NCBI GenBank assembly: GCA_963696395.1
Contig: CAVOJZ010000002.1
Location: forward strand, 70,433-134,432
Direction of reading: 5' to 3'
DNA from: an uncultured bacterium
GTDB taxonomy: Bacteria; Patescibacteriota; Minisyncoccia; UBA6257; 2-01-FULL-56-20
DNA length: 64,000 nt
The stretch's first letter is position 1; every line of letters starts with the position of its first letter. The notes beneath the pieces are model-generated. The model did no database searches. It saw only the letters and a program-made list of their open reading frames with translations, and was not told where the DNA came from. Shown here one piece after another: positions 1 to 9,089 of the stretch. A program made the position numbers and the translations under genes.

Positions 1-1
1 C

Positions 2-691
2 CTGACGCCGCCCGCAACGAAGACTCTACTCGCAACGCGGGAGCTTGCAATTTCCGTTTTGCAGCCTGAGAATATCGCCGCGGCAGTGGAAACGTTGCGC
101 GTGCTTGACGCCGATTTCTTTGTCGTTGCCGCTTACGCAAAAATCATTCCGGAAACCGTGCTCGAGATACCCCATCAAGGCACCCTTGGCACGCATCCGT
201 CACTTTTACCGAAATACCGCGGCGCGTCCCCTATCCAATCAGCGATTTTAAGCGGAGAGCGGGAAACCGGCGCAACCATTTACCTGATGGACTCCGCCAT
301 GGATCATGGCCCCATTCTTGCAACCGGAAAATGCTCCGTTGAAACCGACGAAGCGTATCCCGCGCTCGAACAAAAACTTGCGGCATTAAGCGCCCGCCTA
401 CTCATAGAAGCCCTGCCCGCTTTTGCTGCCGGTAAAATCCAGCCCCAGCCGCAGGAGGAGATGCAGGCGTCTTATACCAAAAAATTTAAAACTGAAGACG
501 CGTTCATTGATGAATCCGATCTTGCCCTTGCGGAAAACGGCGACACCGAAAGAGCCGATGGAATCCTTCGGAAAATCAACGCCTTCAATCCGGAACCGGG
601 CGCATGGACCATGCGGGGCGGGAAACGCATAAAGATACTTTCTGCGCGTGTCGAGGCCGGCCGGCTCATCCTCGGAGAAACGCGATCATAA
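2..691 (+). CDS. fmt: Methionyl-tRNA formyltransferase (5'-partial, C-terminus short)
   Basis: HPSLLPKYRGASPIQ, MDHGPIL and AFNPEPGAW motifs; frame stays open back to position 2 (LTPPATK...). Confidence 0.93.
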   Translation: MTPPATKTLLATRELAISVLQPENIAAAVETLRVLDADFFVVAAYAKIIPETVLEIPHQGTLGTHPSLLPKYRGASPIQSAILSGERETGATIYLMDSAMDHGPILATGKCSVETDEAYPALEQKLAALSARLLIEALPAFAAGKIQPQPQEEMQASYTKKFKTEDAFIDESDLALAENGDTERADGILRKINAFNPEPGAWTMRGGKRIKILSARVEAGRLILGETRS

Positions 692-2134
692 ACCCTGAAT
701 CTCCTTCTCGATGTCGCTCTTTAGGTCGGTTTGAATGTGATCAATTTCCTTCTGAATCATTTCGTGCTTTGCATCGATATTCTGAGGGTTAGAATCGGAC
801 AGCTCCTTATCAAGCCTCACGAGGTCGTCATGAAGTTCCTTTCTTGCGCCCATCAATTCCCTTTGTGCATTAATCCTCCATATTGAAAACCGGAGATAGA
901 TTACGTATATAAGAGCAGCGATGAGGCACATGAGCAGAACGGCGACGAGGATGACGCCTGCCCACGAGAAGAGCCAGTCAATAATGCTTCCGAACCAGTT
1001 TTCAACATTCACCGGCAACCCTGCGCCTGGCGCGCTGAGTGCGCCGCGACTATCGGCGTCTTGCACGGTCATGAGCCATAATCCGGAAGGAACGTTATAG
1101 AAGCTGCCGCCGGCCTGCCAGGCGCCATTCATATCGGCACGCGCGGAATAAGTTAGCAAGGTATTGGCGGATCCGGATTTCCTCAGGTATACCGTAACGA
1201 GCGACCCAGGAATCGCCGTCCCTTCAACTTGGAACGATTGGCCGGAATTGACGATCGTTTTTGTATAATTCAAAACCATAGGCGCCGCAATGGGATCCAC
1301 GCTGAATGTGGTCGTCGCTGTTGTTATATTACCGGCGCGATCAAACGCTTCAACACTCAGCATGGTTCCGTTTTCCGGCGCCTGGAGCGGTAATTGATAG
1401 AGATCCGTGCTTGTCGCAACCCGGATGGTAGAAGCGTCAAACCAATCTCCGCCGCCGATTTTTACAAGATATTTTGCAATTCCGGAACCGGAGTCAGTTG
1501 TGCTCCACGTGAATAGCGGACGAGGATCGGTTGGATCCGCAACGCTTCCTGGAAATTCCGCGATCGTGAATGCCGCGGGCGGAATTGTGTCGGGTACCGC
1601 CTGTCCAACCATCGGGGTGATGGTGAATGCCGCAGACTGCATTGCCGTTAAAATATTCGTTCCATTACCATCGTTTGCCAGCACGGATCCGTCAGAAAAA
1701 GCCACCGCCGCCGAGCCTGGAGCGACAGCCTGGAACGTGATCGTGATGACCGATCCCGCGGAACCGGTGTACCCAGGATTCAGAACGATGCCTTCAAAAT
1801 GAACGTCTCCCCCTCCCGTACTGTTCGTAAATGACGGATCACGCACCCACAAGCTTATAATTGAATTACTTTTCGAAATCGAAAGCACTTGAAGCCGATT
1901 ACTCGGAAATGTGATATCGCCGGAGACCGCGTTCATCGCCTGATCGACAGATGAAACGTCTACCGCAACCGTGAAAGCCTGGCCGGTATGAATATTTTTC
2001 GAAGCCGGAACGAGATAAAGCGTTGCGGCGCGAACGTCACCCGGAAATAAAAAAATGGCGGTGATTACGAGAACTACGATACCGAATCCGACGGTTGTCT
2101 TTATTCTTTTCCGCGTTTCCGCCGAGCGAGCCAT
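686..2134 (-). CDS. Cohesin-domain surface protein with Ig-like domains, TM anchor and coiled tail
   Basis: Signal peptide; TVAVDVSS..NAVSGDITFP..LQVLSIS..ITFQAVAPGSAAVAF..VLANDG cohesin-like pattern; C-terminal TM. Confidence 0.72.
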   Translation of the reverse strand: MARSAETRKRIKTTVGFGIVVLVITAIFLFPGDVRAATLYLVPASKNIHTGQAFTVAVDVSSVDQAMNAVSGDITFPSNRLQVLSISKSNSIISLWVRDPSFTNSTGGGDVHFEGIVLNPGYTGSAGSVITITFQAVAPGSAAVAFSDGSVLANDGNGTNILTAMQSAAFTITPMVGQAVPDTIPPAAFTIAEFPGSVADPTDPRPLFTWSTTDSGSGIAKYLVKIGGGDWFDASTIRVATSTDLYQLPLQAPENGTMLSVEAFDRAGNITTATTTFSVDPIAAPMVLNYTKTIVNSGQSFQVEGTAIPGSLVTVYLRKSGSANTLLTYSARADMNGAWQAGGSFYNVPSGLWLMTVQDADSRGALSAPGAGLPVNVENWFGSIIDWLFSWAGVILVAVLLMCLIAALIYVIYLRFSIWRINAQRELMGARKELHDDLVRLDKELSDSNPQNIDAKHEMIQKEIDHIQTDLKSDIEKEIQGL

Positions 2135-3006
2135 ATTAAAAATAGTAACACACAGACGATGAGAATCGCCCTTAGGACGGCGATAGCCACAAACATGGAT
2201 TGCGGTATGGAACTCGGGAATCGTGCCGCCGCTTCGACAACGATAAAATTGCCGGCGTGATCAACGCCGCGAACATAGATATTGCTCGACAGGCTCTGAT
2301 CCTGCAAAAGATACGGCGATTGAGCGACATGCCATGCCGGCGTGAATCCCTGCATTTCCCCGGTGGGAACTTCGAGCACTTCGTAATGGTCAATGCCGGT
2401 GCCCTTGTCGGTTGTTCCGAACACCAGGAAATATTTTCCGTCGAAAATATTCGGATCGCTCGTGATCTCCGGCGTGAATGGATTCGGCAGAACAAGGGAA
2501 TTTGCAGGAGCAGCCGGCGGTGTGCCGGTGGCCGGCGTCGCTATCGCGAGCGAAAGATTTGAAACACTGACGGGGATTGAGGATCCGAGCCCGTCGTTTC
2601 GAAGAACGGTTGCGGTGGCAATTGTAACGGTTGTAGCGCCGGGAACGAGCGGGTTGAAAACCAGTGACGCGAGCGGACCTGCAGATCCGGTAAAACCGCC
2701 CGGAACAATTCCCGCAAAATCCACTTCCCCGGACGACGTTGCGGACGGGGGCGTGATCCAAAAATTGATAATTGAGTTGCCGTCATTCACATTTTGAAGG
2801 GACAAAAAGTCGGTTGGATAATCAACTGTTGCCTGAACCGTATTAGCATCATCCCCCTGGGTATCGAGCACGACATTCACCGTGAACGGCTGGCCGACGA
2901 CCGCTGTTCCGCTCGCAACCAGCCGCACGGCTGCGGCGCGGGCGGAAAAAGGGCTGAATACAAACCCCGCAAAAAGCCCGAACAGTATGATACAAATTTT
3001 TTTCAT
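2101..3006 (-). CDS. Cohesin-domain surface protein with C-terminal TM anchor
   Basis: Start moved to MKKICII (signal peptide); cohesin-like pattern paralogous to the neighbour (VLRNDG.G, TTDKGTGIDHY); TM followed by RRKRGK. Confidence 0.72.
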   Translation of the reverse strand: MKKICIILFGLFAGFVFSPFSARAAAVRLVASGTAVVGQPFTVNVVLDTQGDDANTVQATVDYPTDFLSLQNVNDGNSIINFWITPPSATSSGEVDFAGIVPGGFTGSAGPLASLVFNPLVPGATTVTIATATVLRNDGLGSSIPVSVSNLSLAIATPATGTPPAAPANSLVLPNPFTPEITSDPNIFDGKYFLVFGTTDKGTGIDHYEVLEVPTGEMQGFTPAWHVAQSPYLLQDQSLSSNIYVRGVDHAGNFIVVEAAARFPSSIPQSMFVAIAVLRAILIVCVLLFLIWLARRKRGKE

Positions 3007-3007
3007 A

Positions 3008-4201
3008 TTAGCCGGTCCAATAATAGGCGATAATGCTGAAATCGCGCAGGGTAATTTCACTTGTCCCGTCGAGAAGATCCTGAGCCGGTGGATTCGGTCG
3101 TCCGTACCAATACGCAAGAATTGAAAAATCAACAAGGTTTACCTTGCAATCGGCGTTCAAATCCCCCTTTGCCGGACATCCGGCTGCCGGCGTTGATGCA
3201 ATATTTTGGTCGCCAACCGTAAACGCTTTTGCGATGCTGTAGTTGGAAATCATCGATCCGTTTACCGCTTCGGATTTTGTCGTGTGGTCGCCCATTTCGA
3301 GTTTTGCCGTATTCAAGTCGTACACATAAGCGCCGCTCGTTGCGGACGTTGCGTTCACAAAAATCGCCTGATTGGAATTGACCTGGATTGAAACCGTAAC
3401 ATTCGGCAGCGACTGACCGAAAATGACGAGGGTATCGCCCTGCTTCACCTCGCTCTTGTCCACATCAATGGTTGGCGACAAAAATATCCCACTCACATTC
3501 GTCGTCATGCCGGCGGTCACGAAAATCGGGAACGTGTAAGGATTCGATTGTCTGCCGGCCGCATCTTCGGCGTAGATATAAAAAAGATAATTACCCGAAG
3601 CAAGCCCGGTGATTGAATCCGAAAAACTTCCATCAATTCCCGCGACTGTCTTGGCCGTGATTTGTCCGTCTTGTAAAATCGTCACCGTACTCCCGGGGTA
3701 TGCAAAACCGTTAAGGTCAACACTCGTTTGCTGTGGCGGAATATAACCGCCGCCGCCTCCACCTCCTCCTCCGCCGCCGCCGCTCCCGTTTCCGCCTTGA
3801 TTGCCGCCGCCTGACGATGGCGTTGAGACGCTCGCCTCGTTGCTATATGGGGAATATGCACCGCCAATAAATGCCCGGACGCGATAAAAATAAATAGTTG
3901 ACGGCGAAACACCGTTATCAATATAGGTCGCAATCCCAGTTGTCGTCGTTGCGATTTCAGCATATGTCCCCGCAACACCGGTTTTTCGCTCAACGCTGAA
4001 CCCATCTTCCGTTCCGCCGGAATTATCGGTCCACGAAAGCGTCACCTGTGTGGGCGCAGCGGGAACGGCAGTGAGGTCAGACGGCGCATTCGGCACAACA
4101 ACAACCGTAACTCCGGTTTGGATATTCACTGCGTCTGCGCGGCTGAATCCAAAAACTAATGCCACGCACACGACGAAAATAAGTCGATAACGAAATTGCA
4201 T
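3008..4201 (-). CDS. Secreted FN3 + Ig-like + C-terminal dockerin protein
   Basis: FN3 (PSDLTA..LSWTDNS..YFYRVRA..YSNEAS); Gly linker; dockerin repeats GDLNADCKVNLVDFSIL and DLLDGTSEITLRDFSII. Confidence 0.8.
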   Translation of the reverse strand: MQFRYRLIFVVCVALVFGFSRADAVNIQTGVTVVVVPNAPSDLTAVPAAPTQVTLSWTDNSGGTEDGFSVERKTGVAGTYAEIATTTTGIATYIDNGVSPSTIYFYRVRAFIGGAYSPYSNEASVSTPSSGGGNQGGNGSGGGGGGGGGGGGYIPPQQTSVDLNGFAYPGSTVTILQDGQITAKTVAGIDGSFSDSITGLASGNYLFYIYAEDAAGRQSNPYTFPIFVTAGMTTNVSGIFLSPTIDVDKSEVKQGDTLVIFGQSLPNVTVSIQVNSNQAIFVNATSATSGAYVYDLNTAKLEMGDHTTKSEAVNGSMISNYSIAKAFTVGDQNIASTPAAGCPAKGDLNADCKVNLVDFSILAYWYGRPNPPAQDLLDGTSEITLRDFSIIAYYWTG

Positions 4202-4218
4202 CCTATGATAAGTTTAGC

Positions 4219-5115
4219 CTATCGCTTTATTGTTCGCACCCGGCGGACAACGAGAAATATGAGTAATGCGAGGAGGGCGGCTCCGATGAGGATGAAAATC
4301 CATTCTTTCTGGAAAAATCGCACCGTCTTTGAAAGCCAGTCGGTTTTCACAACATTGAATACGGTCTTTTGACTGGCAACAACCTGATTATTCTTATAGA
4401 ACGTGGCGATACCCCAATATTGTCCGACGCCAAGATAGAAATCCGTGGGGAATTCAACGGTATAATCTTCGATTGTGAACGGCGGCGTTGTCGGAAATCC
4501 ATCACCTTTCTCCATGTATGCGAGCCGGACCGTATCGAATCGGTCGTACAGCTCAAACGTGGCGCCGTCGAATGATTCGGGCACGTTACCGTCGTTTTCA
4601 AATTTGACGTTGACGAGCGGGTTTTGTCCTTCGCCGATATCCTGGAACGTTATTTGTTGGACACTGTATTTTTCGAAAACGCCGTTTCCAACGGTCATAT
4701 TGATCGTCGCTTGCGCGCCAAGGGCGATGGTCACTTGACCGGCCGAAGCCGGGGCAGTATCGAACGTTATTGTCCCATGATAAACACCGAGCGCAGCTCC
4801 CTGCGGAACCGCTATAGTTATCGTGACCGCATATTGATTTGTCCCCTGCGGAATAACAAAGTTAAATCCCCGATCGATGGAGACCCACGATTTCACCGGA
4901 TCGGGAAGCTGTAGATTTGCCTGAATATTCAAATCCTGATTCGGCTGGTCCTGCACCAAGTAAATCGTTTCAGAAAACTTTGAACCCGGCACAAGGTGGT
5001 CTGCGTTTATAAAAGGCGGTGAAATACCGAATGCTGCATGGGTTAAATGCAGAGGAAGCAAAATTGATCCAATTACCGCAATCGAGGCAACCAGTACAAT
5101 AGACGCGGGGCGCAT
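4219..5115 (-). CDS. Secreted two-domain beta protein with C-terminal TM anchor (CscA/WxLIP DUF916-like or pilus-chaperone-like)
   Basis: Signal peptide, FGISPP..LVPG start, FENDGNV in second domain, TM + RRVRTIKR; leaderless TATAAT promoter 7 nt upstream. Confidence 0.55.
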   Translation of the reverse strand: MRPASIVLVASIAVIGSILLPLHLTHAAFGISPPFINADHLVPGSKFSETIYLVQDQPNQDLNIQANLQLPDPVKSWVSIDRGFNFVIPQGTNQYAVTITIAVPQGAALGVYHGTITFDTAPASAGQVTIALGAQATINMTVGNGVFEKYSVQQITFQDIGEGQNPLVNVKFENDGNVPESFDGATFELYDRFDTVRLAYMEKGDGFPTTPPFTIEDYTVEFPTDFYLGVGQYWGIATFYKNNQVVASQKTVFNVVKTDWLSKTVRFFQKEWIFILIGAALLALLIFLVVRRVRTIKR

Positions 5116-5145
5116 GAATTTGATTATAGCACCCTACACCCGCCC

Positions 5146-6081
5146 TTACGAGTGCCAGAGAGCCTGGAAGACATTCGTTCCTGTATAAGTTCCGGTCGGC
5201 TGGTTGTTTGGAACCTGGAGCCCCCAGAACGTTGCTTGCGATACATTACTCGTTGTCGTCGGCGATGTGAGCAGGAATCCGTTTACAAGAACCGCGGAAC
5301 CGGTGAGCGCCGTGCTCGTTCCAGGATACGAAAACGTTGACGTTGAAAATCCTTGGCTACCCGTCGCGATAGAATTGGAACCTGACGTGAGCGTGCTCAA
5401 AGCATAAAGCTGGAGCGACGTTGATGAGTTGCCCGCGTTGGTTGATGTTGCAACCTGGTCTGTCGAACCGGTATTGGTATTAGCGCCAAGCGTTCCATAA
5501 TTAATTGAAGAAGTTGTCACGTTGAGCGCAAGCAAGGTATTCAATGTCTGCCCCGGATTTGCATCGCCGGTCCCCGTGGTATTGTCAGGCGTCCGGAACA
5601 AGACAGTCGCCGTCCAGGTCTGACCGTTATAACTCGAAGATGCATCCGTTGCTTGAGCAAAATAATAAACACCGAACGTGGTGGTCGTGTTCTGCGAACC
5701 GGATGAGCAGGTGCTTGATGCGGTGAAAGCGTTCAGAATGTAGCAATTGAGGTTGTTCGAACTTGTGAGGCAGGTTGACGATCCAACACCGGAACGATAA
5801 AGCAAAACGGTCGTCGTTCCGCCGGTTATTTCCGAACAACCATTCGAATCAGTGATCGTGGCATCCACGTTGACGGTCGTCGTTGCATTAGCTGTCAAAG
5901 TTATAGCGCTACCGTTGTTCACCGTAACACCGGTGATTGAAGGTGTTGAAATACCTACGATCACCTGGCTCGTGAGATTGGTTGAGGTTGCTCCAAAAAT
6001 GGTCTGGGTGACGAGAAATACGCCGAACACGACCGCTCCCAAAACCACAATCGCAGGTGCAATGACCTTCTTACTTTTCAT
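5146..6081 (-). CDS. Secreted S/T-rich subunit with WxL-like C-terminus
   Basis: Start moved to MKSKKV (TGCTATACT 7 nt upstream); ends FWGLQVP...GTYTGTNVF; paralogous to the C-terminal ~270 aa of the upstream gene. Confidence 0.6.
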   Translation of the reverse strand: MKSKKVIAPAIVVLGAVVFGVFLVTQTIFGATSTNLTSQVIVGISTPSITGVTVNNGSAITLTANATTTVNVDATITDSNGCSEITGGTTTVLLYRSGVGSSTCLTSSNNLNCYILNAFTASSTCSSGSQNTTTTFGVYYFAQATDASSSYNGQTWTATVLFRTPDNTTGTGDANPGQTLNTLLALNVTTSSINYGTLGANTNTGSTDQVATSTNAGNSSTSLQLYALSTLTSGSNSIATGSQGFSTSTFSYPGTSTALTGSAVLVNGFLLTSPTTTSNVSQATFWGLQVPNNQPTGTYTGTNVFQALWHS

Positions 6082-6133
6082 TAGTATTAGTATAGCAACT
6101 CGCCTCAATCACACCTGTGGATAAGCGCCGATT

Positions 6134-9040
6134 TTACTGGCTGAAGAGCGAAGTAAACGTCACCGTGCCGCTATAGGTTCCGCTGGCCGTGAGTGTCGGT
6201 ATGCCGATCCCCCAGTAAACAGGACTCGAAACGGAACCGGTGGTCGTGGGCGTCGTGAGTAAAAATCCTGAGACTGTCGTTGGAGATCCATTCAGCTGTT
6301 GTTCACTGCCTCCGTAGGTGAAGGTTGAAGTGGCATAATGTTGGGAACTCGTCGCAAGAATATTTACGCCAAGCGCAACCGCGGTTCCGGAAATTTGAAG
6401 TGTTTCGGATGAATTCCCGACATTTTGAACGGTCGTGCTCTGGTTCATTGATCCAACATTGCTGCCCGGATTCACTTTGCCGTAATTAATTGATGAGGTC
6501 GTGACGTTGAGTGCGTTCAGTGTGAGCAACTCCTGTCCGGGCGCATCCTGAGTGCTTGTTGCATGTGACGAATCGGTGAAATTCACCGTTGCAACCCAAT
6601 TTTGTCCCGAGAAAGACGATGAGGCGTCCGTTGCGTCGGCGAAATATTCAAGGCCAAATGTCGTTGTTGCATTCATCGTTCCGGCCGAACAGGTGCCCGA
6701 AGTGGTAAACGCAGTCGCAACATAACAATTTCGGTTGTTTGAGTTTGTTATGCATGTTGAAGACCCGACACCGGAACGATAAAGCATAACCGTTGTCGTT
6801 CCTCCCGTGATCGCAGAACACCCGTTTGTGTCGGTTATAGTTGTGCTCACGCTTATGCTTGTCGTCGCGTTAGGGACAAGGACAATGCTTGAGCCGTTAT
6901 TCAGGGTCGTGTTTGAAACCGAAACCGGGTTTGCCGTTATGGGTCGCCAGCTCGTATTCACAAGACAATATGTGCAATTGAAATTAATTTCCCCCGCAAT
7001 GGTTCCGGAAGCGATCCCCTGGAATGTTCCTGTGGAGCTGATAGTCACACCCATAAAATTAATCCAGCCGGCGGTCTGGCTCCAGGCATAACCTTGTAGG
7101 TCGCCGAGGCCATCATTCGTCACACCACTTCCCGATGGCGCAAGATTGATCCATCCGAAATTCTGGCTCCAGGCATAACCGGTAACGTTCGCGCTGGTGA
7201 CGGTAAAATTCCCCTGCGGGGCGGCAAAATTTATCCAACCCAATATGTTGCCCCATGCGTAGTTAGCCGAACTATTTTCATTTCCCAATGTATAGAAAGT
7301 GCCCGGTGAGCTTTGATTATTGAATTGGGTAATTATCCATTGCGATGGCCGCTCTGTGTTGGAGATTTGGATATCGTCGATCGATCCAGTAAGAAACGAA
7401 TCATTCGTAGGGCCGTTTCTTCCAAAGTCCGTACTAGTACCGACAGCAGGATCTACGGTTGGAGTCGCTACGGTTTCCTCTATCCCGTCCACATAAAGAT
7501 ACGCCGTACCGGCTCCCGTTCCATTCCATCCACAATCAACTTTATGCCAATGATTGTCGTTATGGGCTATTGTCCCAAATATATTATAGTGACTGGCAGA
7601 TCCTTCAAGCTCGCACACGATTTCTTGAGCGTACGGCCCTGATGATATGCCCAATGTATATCCGTTAAGATCATTACCAAAATCTCCGTTGTCGACAATC
7701 ACTTGGTCGCCAGTGCTTGTTGGTGTCGCATACCTGACCCAGGCGGAAACGGTGCCGCTTGCCGTGAGATGGAGCGAAGCGGCGTTTCCAACATCAATAT
7801 AACTTGACCCGTTTAGAGATGCACCGCCGTCAATTTCTCCGGACGACGAAGTCACTCCGTAATTCGTGCCATTATTTCCGTTCGCAGTCGAATCGTTTAG
7901 GCCGAAACCGGCGCTATTTGGAAAATGCCACACGCCGACATAGTTTGAATTCCACGTAGATTGCGGGTTCGTTTGATCGGTGGCAACCGAGCTATTGTCG
8001 TAACACACATAAATGACCGTGCCCGCCGTGAGCGACGGTACATTTACCCAATCTTCGAGTGCGCCGGTGCTTGAGGTGTAGGACTCCGTTTCAAAATTGA
8101 GCGGGGAAACATTGCAGTTTGCGGGAGACGTTGCAAAAACAAGGTCGCAGGGTTCCGGTCCGCCATTTGGTGCGACACAAAGATTTTGCACCTTCCCGCC
8201 GTGGCTGGATGTTTCCCACGAAGACAATGTGCTTGATACAAGCATTGGGAAGTTTGCAAGCGTGCCAGATGCAATTGACGTCGTTGAAGTAACAACTATG
8301 GCACGGGAGTAAAGATAGCTCGCCGATCTGAATGCCATGGCAATCAAGGCACCTCCATTGGTTGTTGGACTTGTCGAAAACGACGTACTTGTTGTCATAA
8401 CTCCAGAGTTAATCTGATATTCGTCAGCCGAAGACTGATCCGAATGACCATCCAAAAGTATTCCGTTGCCGTTTGCCACTTCTGTTCCCCCGACGACCTC
8501 ATCCACCATTCCCGACAGGACTATGTCATCTGCATTTTGAGTTGTAAAAACATTCGTAGACGGCGTCGTAGTGTTCGTCGGAGTACTGGTCGCTTGAACA
8601 TCTAATGGATTTGAAGTTGCTACGCCGCTAACTTCAACAACGTAGCAACCAAAGTCGGACGTTGTTCCGGTTACACGAGAAAATGTAACTTGGGTTATCC
8701 CCGACGGTATGTTCGCATCATAGAATCCTTGCGCCGTGGTGTTTACGCTCGAAGTGGTATTTATCGAGACAGCTCCAGCTGTCCAAGTTTGAGCGGGTGT
8801 ACTCGTAACGGAATATGAGCTAGTCGCCGCGACACTATTACCACCGCCGGCAAATCCCCACAGCAGATCGCCCGCTACAGTCGATGACAAATTCACGGTA
8901 CAAGTCGGCCCAGCATCGCCCGGATATGCAGTCTTGTGTTGGACGATTTGGATAGCATGCGCCGCCGGAGTGGAAAGAAAAATCCCAACGAAAATTGCTG
9001 CGATAAAAAGTGGAGTATAGAAAAAGAGCTTTCGGTTCAT
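6134..9040 (-). CDS. Large secreted adhesin: DUF2341 + LamG/ConA-like lectin + YAW..GWI repeats + shared WxL-like module
   Basis: NFPMLVS..WVNVPSL..IYVCYDN (DUF2341); GVWHF..DSTANGNNGT..GSIDDIQI (LamG); three YAWxxxxGWIN repeats. Confidence 0.75.
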   Translation of the reverse strand: MNRKLFFYTPLFIAAIFVGIFLSTPAAHAIQIVQHKTAYPGDAGPTCTVNLSSTVAGDLLWGFAGGGNSVAATSSYSVTSTPAQTWTAGAVSINTTSSVNTTAQGFYDANIPSGITQVTFSRVTGTTSDFGCYVVEVSGVATSNPLDVQATSTPTNTTTPSTNVFTTQNADDIVLSGMVDEVVGGTEVANGNGILLDGHSDQSSADEYQINSGVMTTSTSFSTSPTTNGGALIAMAFRSASYLYSRAIVVTSTTSIASGTLANFPMLVSSTLSSWETSSHGGKVQNLCVAPNGGPEPCDLVFATSPANCNVSPLNFETESYTSSTGALEDWVNVPSLTAGTVIYVCYDNSSVATDQTNPQSTWNSNYVGVWHFPNSAGFGLNDSTANGNNGTNYGVTSSSGEIDGGASLNGSSYIDVGNAASLHLTASGTVSAWVRYATPTSTGDQVIVDNGDFGNDLNGYTLGISSGPYAQEIVCELEGSASHYNIFGTIAHNDNHWHKVDCGWNGTGAGTAYLYVDGIEETVATPTVDPAVGTSTDFGRNGPTNDSFLTGSIDDIQISNTERPSQWIITQFNNQSSPGTFYTLGNENSSANYAWGNILGWINFAAPQGNFTVTSANVTGYAWSQNFGWINLAPSGSGVTNDGLGDLQGYAWSQTAGWINFMGVTISSTGTFQGIASGTIAGEINFNCTYCLVNTSWRPITANPVSVSNTTLNNGSSIVLVPNATTSISVSTTITDTNGCSAITGGTTTVMLYRSGVGSSTCITNSNNRNCYVATAFTTSGTCSAGTMNATTTFGLEYFADATDASSSFSGQNWVATVNFTDSSHATSTQDAPGQELLTLNALNVTTSSINYGKVNPGSNVGSMNQSTTVQNVGNSSETLQISGTAVALGVNILATSSQHYATSTFTYGGSEQQLNGSPTTVSGFLLTTPTTTGSVSSPVYWGIGIPTLTASGTYSGTVTFTSLFSQ

Positions 9041-9089
9041 AAGGTCACGAAGTTTTGTCTTCTCTTATAATAGCAAACGCCGCGCAACC

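Noticed and set aside
686-4201. Cellulosome
   Set aside because: No catalytic carbohydrate-active domain recognised on the dockerin protein and only single cohesins per protein
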